A stretch of DNA of 64,000 bases from Lama guanicoe. Its lineage: Eukaryota. Position 1 is the first letter of the stretch. The number at the start of each line of letters is the position of its first letter. The position numbers and the translations under genes are program-made. The stretch spans positions 4,113,957 through 4,177,956 of the forward strand of contig MU053881.1 in NCBI GenBank assembly GCA_013239625.1. Reading direction: 5' to 3'. The notes under the pieces were generated by a model. The model saw nothing but the letters and a program-made list of their open reading frames with translations. It was not told the DNA's origin and made no database searches. Below, piece after piece: positions 1 to 13,334 of the stretch.

Positions 1-1224
1 TTTTCAACAAACCCTGCACCACCTTATCTTGTAGGCCTCAGGCCATTTTCCTCCTTAGAGCCTGACTTTCCAATTCCTGAATAACAAAATCCCCAAATCC
101 CCGTGTCAAGGACAAGTCAGGAGTCTGCAGCCGGCACCGGTCCTGGCTTCTGGGACTGCAGTCACGGAATTTGCATTTTTCCACGAGCTTGATCTCATAA
201 ATTTCTCCTGCGGAGGATTCATCGGACTAAAGATTTTCTATATCTCCTTTCCACAACCAAACTCAAGGAGAATTTCTAATTTTCTGCCGAGGCCCAGTAC
301 TCAGCGGGCTTCTTTTCCAGGGTTTTGCTTCACCAAAAATATTGATTTCTTGAAGAAAAAAGCCACAATCGATCCAGCTTTCCCAAAAGCTTTAATGAGC
401 AGAGTTTCTGCCAGGCTGAGCCAGTAGGGCTTGCTTCCCAGCAGGGAGGGAGGAGGACTTTGTCACAGCACACAGCCCTACGTGGCTCCCCAGGAGGGAG
501 ACAAACAGGTACCTTATTAAATGGCTCACCTGTCACTGAGGCAAGAGCTCTGGACAAGGCCGCCTGAGGCTGGAGAACAGAAAGTCCCCTGTAGGGAGAA
601 GAAAAGCAGTTCCTTTGCCACCTGCGAGGCAGTGGGAATGAGGGCTAACTTCCCTGGGCCTCAGTCTCCTCATCTATGAAATGGTCATCATCACGCTCCC
701 CTCCGGCTGTTCCGGGACCGTTACCAGAGAGGATGATGAGATGTGGCCAGCCCGGACCAGGTGCCCAACAACAGCTTCCTTTCTTTTCCCTCTGGACTTT
801 CTATAAGCCTCCTCCACTAAGAAAATGAGCCTTCACACAGTTTTGGTGTGTTTTGTTTGTTTATTTTGTTTTGTAATCATGTGAAAGTCCAAAGGCTCAT
901 GGTGAGCATGGACTTTGCACTTAGCATCGGGCCAGAGCAGCTCAGGGATGGTAAAGAAAGTCAAGCAGCATCTGCTGCCTGGGAAGAGTTGATAATTTGC
1001 TTGAGAACTTAAAAGGGAATATTTGCCAGCGATGGGTACCCCATCGAGGCAGTTTTTATCCCAAAGCCCTGTGGGCAGAGACCGGCACTGACCAGCTGTT
1101 CCACGTGGACCATCGCTAAGCCCTTGAAGCCTGCCTCTGTGTCTGTGGAACTGACTTTTTGATATCCACCTTCTGGGGTTTTGGTGGGGATTTTAAAAAG
1201 CATAAATAAAATGATGTAGGTGAA

Positions 1225-1342
1225 GGGGAGAGGGCAAAGCTCACTGGTAGAGAGTGTGCCTAGCATACACGAGGTCCTGGGTTCAATCCTCAGTACTTCC
1301 ATTAAAATTAAAAAAAAAAAGGAGAGAGGTCATCCTTTAAAA
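1225..1342 (+). mobile_element. tRNA-derived SINE (Vic-1-like, camelid)
   Basis: A-box-like agctcactggtag, B-box ggttcaatcct and A tail. Flanked by a 17-bp TSD aaaatgatgtaggtgaa (1208-1224) / aaaataatgtaggtgaa (1343-1359). Confidence 0.9.
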
Positions 1343-3474
1343 AAAATAATGTAGGTGAAACATTCAACATTGTGCCAGGCAGGTAGCAAACATGCAATCA
1401 ATGCTTTTTAAATTTTATGACCCAACAATCAGAGAATAATTAAGGGCCATGCATTCAACATCCAACAGAGCTGTGCTCAATGGACGTGAATGGAAAAAGT
1501 GAAGGAACCGTGGCCACTGGTCTCTGTGTCTCGATTCACAGTGACTTACTGCTGCCCCTGGATTCCCTCCCAGCCAGGAAGCAGGGTGCACAGGGAAGCA
1601 GATGGACGCATACTGTAAGCAGGACACACTTGGGTTCCAAATCCAGTTTCATGAGTCACCTGCTGTGTGACCTTGGCTGGGTGGAGGACCTCTTAGATCT
1701 CTGTATCTTCTCACGTCTACAGGATGGCAACAGTGACAGTCCCCTCCTCACAGGGCGGGGTGAGGATGGTCGGGGCAGGAGCATGGGACTGGACCGTGGT
1801 GATGTGAGCTAACAGCAGGAGAGACTCTGGTCCTGTCCCGCTCTAGGAATGGGGCTTCCCGAGGACCTGGCGAGGAGCAGGAAAGAGAGTCAAGGAGGAA
1901 AGGAAGCAAGAGAGATGGAGGCCCCTCACACAGCATGAAGGGGCCCGGGTGGGGAGTCAGCATCATACCAGAAAGAGAGAGAGGAGAAATGAGATCCCTT
2001 GAGCCCCGGAAACCCCTCAGCCCCAGGCAAGCCATGAGACTTGGTCTCTGTAAAGGTGTAATTGAAGCAGCAGCAGCACCGGGAAGCGCTGGGCCCAACC
2101 TAGAGAACAGAGCAAGAAAACAAGGGGAGTGCCAGAGGGTCCTGAGCAAAGTCTGGGAGAGTGCTTCCCAGCCCCGGGGTCACCGCTCAGAGCAGGAGCT
2201 CAGTGCAGGGCATCTGCTTCTAAGGACATCTTGTCAACCACGTCCGTCACCCTGCGCATCCCCTAGCACCCTGCCTGCTGGCTGGCTGCCTTGCATTGAC
2301 GTTTCCCAAACTTGTTGAGTCCCATGCCATGGGACTGCCACCAAGAGATGGGATGCTGGAAGAGCCATTGGCTCTTCTGTTAACCACTGAGAGCCCAGGA
2401 ATAAATAGAGACAGAGATGCTTAGAGGAAAGTGAGGTATCAAGACTAGAGGACAGAACAAGGAACTGAGGCGTGTGCCCAGCCCCCAAGCAAGGAAGTTC
2501 TGACAGCTGAAATCCCCAGAGGGCTCTGCAAATAACGTGTATGGGTTTAACGTCACAATTTAAAGAATGTGACTATAATTGCATAAACCAGGAGGAGCAG
2601 CAATGATCATGAAGCTAGCTAACATTCCTGAGCTTTCACTGTGTGCCGGGCACTGATGGGTTGCATCTTTTTTGACCCTCACAAAAATCCCATCATCTGG
2701 GCATCATCTTTGTGCCCATTGTGCAGATTAGGAACCTGAGGCTTCCTGAGGGCAGCTCATCACCCAGAGCAACAGAAGAGCTCTGAGAGCTGACCGGCTA
2801 AGTTCCAGATTCCAGTCTTTAGACCCAAGAACAGTGAGTGGGGCAGGCATGTGCCCCCCTAAGACGGAGATCTGTCACCCCATCAAGGGGGAGCATGTGC
2901 CCGCCAGGCAACACTCCAGCCCACGGCCCAGTGCACCTCGAGACATGCTCTCATCCAACGCTTGCCTTTAGCACCAGCTATATCCAGTGAAATCCAATCT
3001 AAAATTAAGCTTCCCCTCAGCCTTTTTGTGTTTCGGTTATACAGTCATTAAAAGCGGAAAAAAAAACCCCAAAAACCGTCTAAATGCAGAGTCATCAGCC
3101 CATACGCTCCACATACTCAGCCCCCGAAGGCATATTTTCACATTTCACATTTCCCGCGGTTCAGTTAAAATAGTCGTTTCTGACAATTAGTAAAGAACTC
3201 TCCCCTAACCCAGGAAACTTATATTTTTTTCTGTCTCCAGGAAAACAGGGTGTGTGATTATAAGAACCTAATTATCAGCTCTTTCAGAAGGATCCGGCTG
3301 CTTGGGCTGTGTTTGTGGCGTTGGACACAATAGCGCTGAAAACACGACCTGCACAACATTGTAATTATTGTCATCAATCAAGCTACCCTCAAAGCACTAA
3401 GTGGGGACCTTTTTTTCTGGAAGGGAAACAAAGCAAACCCTTTCTTGATGACAAGCAACTAGTCAAGGGAGAGG

Positions 3475-3700
3475 CAGTTAGCCTAGGGGTCTGAGTCACC
3501 CAGATAAGAGTTCCAATCGCAGTCCTGCTATGGGGGGCTTGACCCTGTGCGCATCACTTAATATTTCAGCATCTCAGTTTCTTCATCTGTAGAGTGGGGA
3601 TGAAATGGTTTCCCTCACACCATCTGGTGAGGTTAGTGAAATAATGCACGTCAAAGCAAGTCCCGAAGTGCCTGGTACAAAGTTAGCTCTCTCTAAACAG
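3475..3700 (+). mobile_element. MIR SINE
   Basis: Core ctcagtttcttcatctgtagagtgggga…gtgcctggtaca. Confidence 0.75.
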
Positions 3701-3978
3701 TAGCAGGATTTCTCTTTGATATCTTTACGTTATTTCACTGCATGAAGATGAGGGGCTGGGCGTGCGCTCTGTAAACGATCAAGTCCTCTCTATGCGCTCT
3801 TGTTCATCGTCCAGATAAGAAGTTCACCTCTTAGACCTGAGGAAGTCACTCCCCTTCTCTCCTTCTTCTTTGGGAAAAACTCAGATCATAAAGCTCCAAG
3901 TGACATGAGAAGACCATCAACTTAGGTTCCCTGGCTTCAGTTTCCCATCTGTAAAATTGTTTGGATCTCATAATCTTT

Positions 3979-4555
3979 TTTTTCTAACTGAAGTGCAGTC
4001 AATTACAATGTGTCAATTTCTGGTGTGCAGCACAACGTCCCGGTCATGCATATGCATACATATATTCATTTTCATATTTTTCTTCATTAAAGGTTGTTAC
4101 AAGATATTGAACATAGTTCCCTGTGCTATACAGAAGAAAATTTTTTACATCTATTTTTGTATATAGTGGCTAACATTTGTAAATCTCATACTCCCAAATT
4201 TATCCCTTCTCACCTTCTTTCCCTGGTAACCATAAGATTGTTTACTATGTCTGCAAGTCTGTTTTTCAGTGTTTTTTTTTTTTTTAGATTCCACATATGA
4301 GTGATACCATATGGTATTTTTCTCTTTCTGGCTTACTTCACTTAGAATGACGATCTCTACTTCCATCCATATTGCTGCAAATGGCATTATTTTATTCTTT
4401 TTATGGCTGAGTAGTATTCCATTGTATAAATATACCACAACTTCCTTATCCAGTCATCTGTCAATGGACATTTAGGTGGCTTCCATGTCTTGGCTGTTGT
4501 ATATAGTGCTGCTATGAACACTGGGGTGCATGTATCTTTTCACATTAGAGTTCCT
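3979..4555 (-). mobile_element. 5'-truncated LINE-1 (ORF2 C-terminus + 3'UTR)
   Basis: ORF 4151-4438(-) contains KKNKIMPFAAIWMEVEIVILSEVSQKEK, typical of the L1 ORF2 end. Degenerate 16-bp TSD at 3963-3978 / 4556-4571. Confidence 0.92.
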
Positions 4556-5574
4556 GGTCCTCATATTCTTTAATCGCTAAACAGAGAATAATAAATCATT
4601 TTTGAAAGGCAGCCAAAAAAAAGTAAAAAATTACTAAAATTCAAATGATGTAGAGATGCAATTATAATAGAGAATGCTTTGGGCCATACCTCGTAAGTGC
4701 ATTACATATATTAATTTATCATGTTAAGAATTCTATAAAGGACATGCAATGATTATCACCATTTTTGCAAACGAGAAACTTATGCACCAAAAGAACAACA
4801 AAAAAATTGGCCGGTTCCTCTCTGCTGCCCTAGTGTGTTGTGAATATTGGCAGAAGCAGAGGAAATGTCCTCCTTGGTGCCCAGCACTCAGCTGCTCCAT
4901 GAAGGAGTTTTTTCTTCCCTCTGTTGGCCACTAAGCCTCTGTTGCCCGCCGCACTCCTACGAGGGAAGCAGAGTGAGGATCTGTGTTCCCACTGGATCAG
5001 AGAGGGAAATTGACTTCTTTGAGGGTGATCAGCTGGCTAAAGCCGGAATGGAAACTTGGTCTCTGGGTTCCACTCCCCTTTCCCGTGCTCCACAGACACC
5101 TCATCCATCCATCCACTCCACCGAAGTCTCCTGAGTGCCTCCCACGTGCCAGGCTGTGGGCCGCGCAGCTGCACCTGCCCAGGCTGGATGTCACCAGGGT
5201 GTGAGCGGGGGCAGTGGCTGCGAGAAAGGGTGAGCGGGCAGGGTCTGCGTCTCTCCTTTCTCCGCCCCCTCCTCTCTCTTCCCTGTTTATTCTTCCTCTT
5301 ATTTTCTTCTCTGTGGGGCTTCACCACCCACACAGCTATGTTCTGATAAAGTTAATAATCAGCATGTCAGCTTTAAATACCAGTTAGCTCAAGGAAGAGA
5401 ACCTACTTGCCAAAAAAAATAAAAGTAACAAAAGGAAAATTCCAGTTGGGCTAACCCAGTACCATGATGCCCAGTCTGCAGAACGTGGATTTTGCATTCA
5501 TTCATTCATTCATTCATTCTCAAGACAAGCATCTATGAGCATCCATCTACTAGATGTTAGAAGTTGTTCTCGGT

Positions 5575-5709
5575 CAGAGGTCAGCCACCTTTTTCTGTAA
5601 ATGGCATGAGAGTGAATACTTTAGGCTTGTGGGCCTTGTGGTTTATGCCAGCAAACAGTTAAACTTTACGCACAGGAACAGGAGGCAGGCTGGAGTTTGC
5701 CTGCCCCTG
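5575..5709. mobile_element. hAT-Charlie MITE (MER58-like) inserted in an L2 3' end
   Basis: Ends cagaggtcagc… / …tttgcctgcccctg are imperfect TIRs. Internal ttttctgtaaa…tttaggcttgtgggcc. Confidence 0.75.
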
Positions 5710-5839
5710 CTCTGGAGAGAGAAGGAGACCCAGGCGCCCCCCTCGTGGAGGTCAGAGTCTGGAAGTGAAGAGAGACCCAGACAGTGCACTGTGATGACAA
5801 GAGCGAGGATAAAGGGGGCAATGATGACAGGTGGCAGCT

Positions 5840-6000
5840 AATTACATGTGGAGCACCTACTACATGCTGGAAACGTCATCTAAATTATTTCATGTATTTG
5901 TCCAGCAACCCTGAAAAAAAGGTATTGTCTAGCATCATTTACAGATGAGAAAAAAATAAGGCTCAGGTGGACGAAAGGACTTGCCTGGACCACATGGCAG
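5840..6000 (-). mobile_element. MIR SINE
   Basis: catttacagatgagaaaa…aggctcag…ggacttgcct…ccacatggc. Confidence 0.7.
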
Positions 6001-6520
6001 AGACGAATGGAGAATTTTACGGGGAGGGGGCTGGGACACAGACGGATGGTGACCAACTGCTGAGCTTGGTGGGAATACCAGCTGGGGACCCCCTCTCCTC
6101 CTGTCACAGAAGACAACTCCTTTTCCCACCAGACAAAGGGAGCATGGATCCCCGCAGTGCCCAGGGGACTGGAAGCCCCCAGGGGAAGGAACTGGGTTTG
6201 GTCCGTCCCATCTCCTGGGAGCCCTCAAGGAGGTCCTGGAAAGCCTGCCGAGGTGTTGTCTAGTTGCCTCCCCAAAGGACACACAGGGTATGTGACCAGA
6301 TCAGGCAGGACTCCCTCCCATTCTTGGCCCCACCCTCCTAAGAGCTCACCAGCCTGACCTCAGGGCAGGTATGTGTGTGCCCGGCCCTAGGGACTGGAGG
6401 CTGCATCCTGAGCTCCCATCAAAAGAGAGGGGGCGGGGCTTCCAATCTGCTCAGTTCTCTGCAGCCTCAGCGCCAGCTGCCACAGGGAGAGGTTAATGAG
6501 CGGAAGGAGCTTTTTTTTAA

Positions 6521-6590
6521 CAGACACACACACATATACACACACACATACACACTCACACACACAGATACACACACACACACACACAGA
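6521..6590. repeat. (CA)n microsatellite, interrupted
   Basis: Visible CA run. Confidence 0.95.
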
Positions 6591-7679
6591 GGAACATGCA
6601 TTTCCTAGTGAACCCTAACTGGTAAAGGCAAAATCAGCCAACACTTCCATAAATAAAACATCACATTCGTCTTTTGTGAATCCGTTCTGACCTCATGCGT
6701 TCCCCATACAGGCAGATGCGTGTCAAGCAGAAACAATCAACTTGAGTTATTTATTCCTTTATTGCTTAAAAATGAGCAGAAACAGTAATCAAGGATTTTT
6801 GGGGGGGCCCCTTAAAATTTTACTTTTTAATAATCATTTTAATTAAGGTCAGAAATGCCGGAGTCAGATGAAGTTAATTGGCTTTTATTTCTGTTTTTCA
6901 CTCTGCGACGGCACATTTGTGAGCTTCCTAGGAATGAATGTAGTAGCCTTTCGTCACATCTTCAAGAGTTCCAGCCCACAGGATTGATTAGTGTGCCAAT
7001 TGCCTTTTCTGAAGCATGTGCGCTGGTGGGGTGGGTGAAGAGATGGAGGGTGGGGGCAGAGAGGTCCAAAGAGGGACACATTTTAAATCATTGACACTGA
7101 GCTGGCTGCCAGTCTGTTTCTGGATAAATTCGTGTCATAGAAATCTGCAAGGAACTTTAAGAGATAGGAAATGATATATTCCTTTTGACACTATCTGGAT
7201 GCCAGAGGGATGTTTCCAAACCTTCTCTCAAGCAGGGAGCCCAGAATGTGTCATTACCCTTCAGGCTGCTGGTTGAAGGACTGTGTACAAGAGATTGCGT
7301 GTGGTAGGTTTCGGTCTATATTCAGAAAGAAGAATTTAAAATGCTCATTATCTCAATTCCTCTCTAGGGGAAAAAGCAGGCTGTAAGGATGCCAAAAGCT
7401 GCAGCTCTATCTGTTTGCAAGCCTTTTCGCTTGTAGATTCGCTTAAAGGAAAGCTATCAGAAGAGAGACCGAAGCTTATTACACTGTTTTCGACCTTCAT
7501 TCTTTTGTACGTGCCGATCCCTTTGCCTGGGATGCCCTTCCTCACAAAGAACTTCTACTTTTCCTTTAAAATCCAGCTCAGAATTCTGCTTTGAATATGC
7601 TGAATTAACTCCTAGCAGACATCAATCCTCCCGGAAATTACCACCATAAACCATGCACAGAGTCCAAAAAGCAGCTACA

Positions 7680-9750
7680 TTGAAGGGTCTGGAGACTGAT
7701 GGAAAGCAGGCACATTTTGGAGGGGAGTCAAAACCCTGGTGCAGGGTGAGTTCTTCATTTTTGCAGATTGGTCTGAGGTTGGGCTGTGATCCCAGAGTGG
7801 TGATAGAAAATTCATCCATCATTATGACCCGAGGACCAAGAGGATAGAGTCCACCAGAAAGTCAGAGGAGGAATCCAGGAGAGGAGAGAGTTACAGAAGG
7901 GGATCCCCAGGTTTTGAGTTTGAGCTTCGTCTGGCCAGCCCATGGACCATGCGTACCTGGGGAAGACTTGAAACAGCCCAGTGCCCTGAGAATTGAGCTA
8001 CCAGCCCCAACAGGCAAGCCAGAGATGATAGTTTGAATCTAACTAACTACCTGCTAAAAAAACAACATCAACATTCTTGGGAGGGATATCCCAGAAATCA
8101 GAATTTCCCATTTACAATAACAAGCAAAATGTTCAGGATAGAATCCAAAATTACTCATTATAAAGAACTAGGAGAATGCAACCCATTTGCAAGAGGAAAA
8201 AAAAGTCAAAAGTGGTAAACTACATGACTCTGATGTTAGAATCACTAGAAGAAAATTATCATTGCGCTCAATGAGGGAAGAGAAAAAAATGCTAATGAGT
8301 ACAGGATAGGAAATAGCAGAGAAATAGGATGTGTGTGTGTGTGTGTGTGTGCACCAAAAGGGAAATCCAGACCTGAAACATACAATATCTGAAATTTAAA
8401 ATCTACTAGGTTGATAATGTTGAACTTTCAGCTTTAGTTTAGGATACGGAAAACTGGAAAGAACATTGTTCTCACTTTTATAAAAAAAAAAAACAATAAC
8501 ACAATCCAGACAGTCTGAAAAATCAAAAACGCTTCTTGAATTCATTGCATACAGACACTGGGCATATTATATTCAAATTGCTGGAAACTTAAAACAACAT
8601 CCTGAAGGCATCCAGAGAGGAGAAGGAGACATTGCTATGAAGGAACAAGGATAAGAAATACTACAGTTGTGGTTAGAGACTATAATGTCCAGAAGATGAT
8701 GGAGTGACATCTTTAAAGCGATGAAAGAAAAATGCAGCCAACACAGAATTTTATACCCAGCAAAGGTGCCTTTTGAAACTGAGAGAGAAATGATGGATTT
8801 CTCAGACAAACAAAAAAACAGAAATTCATTGTCAGCAGACTTGCACTACAAGAAATGTCAGATGTTCATCAGAAAGAAGGAATATGATGCCAGAGATAAA
8901 CAGGGAGCTACCAAAAAAAAGAAAAGAAAAAGGAAAGGGAGCACTAAAAGTAGAAGAAAATGAAGTTAAATATCAAAATGATTTTTTCTTATTTTTAACT
9001 GCATCAAATAATAACTGACCATTTAGACCAATAAAGTAGTGATGTGCTATGCATTTATAGCATGTAAAAAAAATGTTTGACAACAGTAGGACAAAAGACA
9101 GGCAGGAAGAATGGGCTGTGTACTCTTGTAAGGTCCTTTCACTACAAGCAGTGAATACTGAACACTGTAATATTTAAAGATAGATACTTCTCTTTGAAAG
9201 ACACTTTGAGACATGAAAAGACAATCACAGACTGGGTGAAAATATTGGTAAATCACGTGTCTGTTAAAGGACTTGTATCCAGAATGTATAAAGAACTCTC
9301 GAAACAAATTAATAAGAAAAATCCCAAGGGAAAAAAAAATAAATGAACTATTTGAATACTTTACCAAAGAATATAGTTAGGTTTATTTTCTTTTAGAGGA
9401 GGCACTGGGGATTGAACCCAGGACCTCGTGCACGCTAAACGTGCCACTTGAGCTCTACACCCTCCCCCTGGGCAGTTTCTTATAAAGTTAAATATACACT
9501 CATCATAGGACCCAACAAATCCATTCCTAGATATTCACCCAAATGAAATGAAATGTGTATACAAATGTTTATAGCGGCTTTATTCTCAACCAACAAAATC
9601 TAAATACAAGGCTAACTATTCATCAAGTGGTAAATAGAGGAAGAAACGAATGGTCCGTCTTTACAGTGGACTGCTTCAGTTACAGAATAACCCGACTCTT
9701 AGTACAGGATCGAGGTTCAGCAGCACGGAAAAATCTCAAAGTCACCTAGA
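7680..9750 (+). mobile_element. Ancient fragmented LINE-1 (L1M-type; ORF1 remnant and 3' part of ORF2)
   Basis: ORF 8721-8963 contains RILYPAKVPFETEREMMDFSDKQK (L1 ORF1 C-terminal motif). 9210-9750 resembles the L1 ORF2 3' region. A-rich plus strand. Boundaries approximate. Confidence 0.8.
9375..9468 (-). mobile_element. tRNA-derived SINE (Vic-1-like) nested in old L1
   Basis: ggggattgaacccaggacctcgtgca…gagct…cctccccc is the reverse complement of the same SINE. Confidence 0.85.
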
Positions 9751-10768
9751 AAGAGACGGAACCAGGAGTTTTCAGTGTGGATGAGCCCAGCCAGGCTCAG
9801 GTTGCCGGGAAATCACCCACCCGGTTGATTCCAGTGGACGGCTGTCTCATGAACTTCCTGTTCAAGGGGCAGAAGCAGAGGAAGGAAGGGGGAGGGGAGA
9901 TGACTGTCCACAGCATCAGGGGATCGGGGCTAGGCAAGGGGCTGGCCTTAGAGTCAAGAGATCTGCGTTCTGATCCCAGTGCCACCTCAAATGATGGCTG
10001 TAAACCTGGCCTTAAGTTCCCCAGGCCCTGTCTCTGGAATGCCCCAGCTCGCCTGGAAACCTGCTGCTTGTTTCCAGACCATTTTCTGTGACTCTTGTCT
10101 TGCTCTGAGCAGAGTTAGACATGTTCCTCTTCGCTCCTCAGCATCCTATTCATTCCTCAATTGCAGCCGCTGCCATATTTAATTATGATCATTCCTGGTC
10201 AGGGTCACAATGTAGAAAGAACCAGGGACATAGACGATTAGGGGGGTGGCGGGGCGGTTCCTGTTCCAAGCTCCTCCCCTCACTGTGTGGGGCCCTGGGG
10301 AAGTCCTTTTTCCTCTTTGCGGCTCTAGCCCTCACTGTTGTGAGGTTTCAAACAAGGAAAGAAAAATGCACATAAACTATTTGTTATCACGATGGGCGCA
10401 CGTTAACTGCACATAAAGATCAGGCTCTCCCCCCAAGGAAATGGCAAACACTGTTAAGACAAGGACCCCTTGCCTTGTGCGGCTCCCAGGGATCTGAACT
10501 TTGCCAACAGCTTGAAGTGTTTTCATGTCCTGGCTCTGCCTCTTGTCAGCTAAGTGGCCTTAAGGCAAATCATTTTATTTCTCCGAGCCTCGATTTCCTA
10601 TTATGTAAAATGGTGGCTTTTGTTTAGGAAAAATGTGGACCATTAATGTGAAGGGTCTGGTACTGTCTGGAACTCATTATTATAAAAGCCTCAAATTGTT
10701 GAAGTAAGCCCTTTACAACGTAGGGCCTGTGAGATCAGGAATTGTTTCTACCTTCGCTAGCATATCCC

Positions 10769-10880
10769 CAGGGCTGCCATGTATAGTTACACAAGTTGTG
10801 CATTGCACGATTCCAGGGCATCCTTTATACATATTTGATGTGAATTGTGCCCTCCAGAGTTGTACAGTGCATCAGCAAAC
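10769..10880. mobile_element. hAT-Tip100 MITE (MER91-like)
   Basis: cagggctgcc…gttgtgcattgcac…ccagagttgtacagtgca, with internal inverted symmetry. Confidence 0.55.
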
Positions 10881-11322
10881 ACCATGCCTGGCATTGTTCT
10901 GGGGGCTGTAAACAGGATCCTTTCCTACTCTCATAGAGCTTATATCATAGTAAGGAGGGGGAAGAATACACTAAAATAAACTAAATGTTACAAATGAATA
11001 AAATAGGGTGATGTGACAGTGATTAGGCAAGCGAAGCTTTCAAGGTGACAGTGATGAGCTGAGGCATGAATGTGTGCTGCGAAAATATGGAGTGAGGTAT
11101 TACAGGAAAAGTCACAAAGACAAAGGCCCTGGGGCAGGCGTGAGTGTGGCGAGAAGTGGGCAGAGGGCTGGCCATCGTGAGCACACAGGAACAAGTAAGG
11201 ACAGCATGCCCTTCTAAAGGCTCCAGGCAGTCACAGAAGATTTCCATCAGGGGCTGGACATGATGAAATTTGTGATCTATGAAGGGGAGGGGTGGAAGCA
11301 GGGGCTAATCAGGAGGCTGAAA

Positions 11323-11405
11323 GGGGGTGGGGGTTATAGCTCAGTGGTAGAGTGTGTGCTTGGCATGCACGAGGTCCTGGGTTCAATCCCCAGTACCTCC
11401 AATAA
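11323..11405 (+). mobile_element. tRNA-derived SINE (Vic-1-like)
   Basis: tatagctcagtggtagagtgtgtgcttggcatgcacgaggtcctgggttcaatccccagtacctcc. Possible TSD atcag(g)aggctga at 11308-11320 / 11420-11431. Confidence 0.9.
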
Positions 11406-13334
11406 GGAGTGGGGGGTGGATCAGAGGCTGATGCAATCATCCTGGCTGGAGATAAGGACCACGAGGACCAGAAGGCGAGTGTCAGAACCAGGAGATGCAG
11501 TCAGTGTGCATCAGAAGAAGAGAAGGAGGAGATGCGAATAGACCAGATGTGGAAGAGAAGGAGGGAGAACGGCTCTCCTCTTGGGTGGACAGGGAGCTAC
11601 TTATGGAGACGGGAAGCCTGGAAGAGGGAGTTCAGGGGGAGAGTTTGCAGTGCCTCTGAGGCAGCCACGTGGAGCTGATAGCTTTCATCTCGTGCCCAGT
11701 TTTATTAATCTGCTGGATAAATGAGTGAATGAATGAATGAATGGATGGATGGATGGATGAGGCTCCAGGTTCTCTCTAACGTGGGCATAATAATTCCTCT
11801 CTTTGTGAAAGTCAGAAGAGCTCAGGGAGAGATAAAGTTGCCTCTGATGCTACCCTGAAGAGAGGCAAATGTTACGGGTGGTCCGACCCTGAGCTGCCCG
11901 CCACCCTCCACCTGCCCCCTCCACCTTGTCCATCACCCTGGCTGTCCCAGAGCTCCCCGCATTCCTTCTCCAGGCTCCAGGCACCTCCTGCTGCAGCCCA
12001 GGATTGGCCAAGCCCCTTCTCAGCCTGGGAAGCCCTGCCCTGCTCCCAGGATGCCAGGTCAGAGTGGCCCGGCCGCTGAGGGCCCAGAGGCCAAGGCAGT
12101 GGGTGCCAGACCCGTCAGTGTATCACTGAGCAGTGCGTTCTGGTCGGGGGTCCCGCTGAGCTGGGTGGATGGTGGATGGGAGGTGGGCGCGCCTGGTGTC
12201 CTGGGCGAGGGGGAGCCGATGCTGCAGGGCCGGGCTGCAGTTCAGTCTCTGCGCACGTTCCCCGCGACTCCCTCCCTGCTGTTCTCCACATTCCTCCGCT
12301 CCTTCCCTCCTTTTGGTCTTTTCATTTTCTAGCAGGTGTTGTCTCAAACCGCAGGTGTCTGCGAACACTGGGGATGGGTGACAATGTCAGTGCACTTCTT
12401 TCTGCACCATTTCATTTTAAATGCTCTTCAGAGAGACCTGGAACTTCACGGCAGAGCTATGGGACCAGGTAGACTCGGGTTTAGATACTGTTCATGACAA
12501 GCTGTGCTGCCTGGAGCCAGTGGCTTCCCCTCTCTGAGCCTCAGATCCCTCCCCTGCAAAATGGGCTCCTTGTTCTTCGTGAGCGCTTCCCTCATGGGCC
12601 CTAGACCTCAGCATGAGGTCTGGCCCCAAACAGCAGCGGATTGAGTGCTAGTGCACTGCTTTCTCCCAGGTGAACGTGAGACCAAAGACCCCAGGAAGCT
12701 CACTTCACAGATTCAGACATCGCTCTTGAGACGTTCATACGGAAAGTCTTTTGGGGCCCTGTGTGTGAGTCAGAGCCTGGGCCAGGTGTTGGAGCAGATG
12801 AAGTGTGAGCGGGATGTGGGATCCTAGCCCCCCAGTAAAGGAGAGTCATGGCAATGGGCAGAGACGGGGGTGCAGGGTGACCTGGGAGCCAAAAGACCCC
12901 CCTGCCAACTCAGCATCAGGGAAGGCTGCTGGGAGGAGGGGTGCCTCAGCTGAGACCTGGAGGAGGAAGAGGAACTCCAAGGTCAAGTTGGGGCATGTCA
13001 CCTGCTCTGAGGCAACCAGGGCGTGGAGCTTACATCAGAAGAAAGCACACACTGAAGGAGGGAGGAGGAGGCTCGAATAGGGGAAGGAACGCCATCCCGT
13101 CAGAGAGGGTCTGGCAGCTTCAGGCCACGCACAGCAGAGCTGTTTCTTGTAAGGAGTGTCCCAAGGGCACCGGCGGCGTGGATGGGCTGTAGCAGGAACA
13201 CGCGGTCTGATTTCCGGTTGCTCTGAGAGAATGAACTGTAGCAGACAGGTGGTGAAGCACAGAGTGCTGAAACCAGGCGGGAAGTCAAGGCAGAGTTGCC
13301 CTTCCACTCTCGAGTCCCGGGGTCAGGTGGCCCT

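Noticed and set aside
8721..8963. ORF with L1 ORF1-like motif (also ORF2-like ORFs at 4151-4438 and 38660-38988)
   Set aside because: Short decayed retrotransposon remnants, not intact or domesticated genes.
11330..11400. Possible tRNA gene (A and B boxes, tRNA-Ala-like)
   Set aside because: Five diverged copies with tails and TSDs; this is a tRNA-derived SINE, not a functional tRNA.
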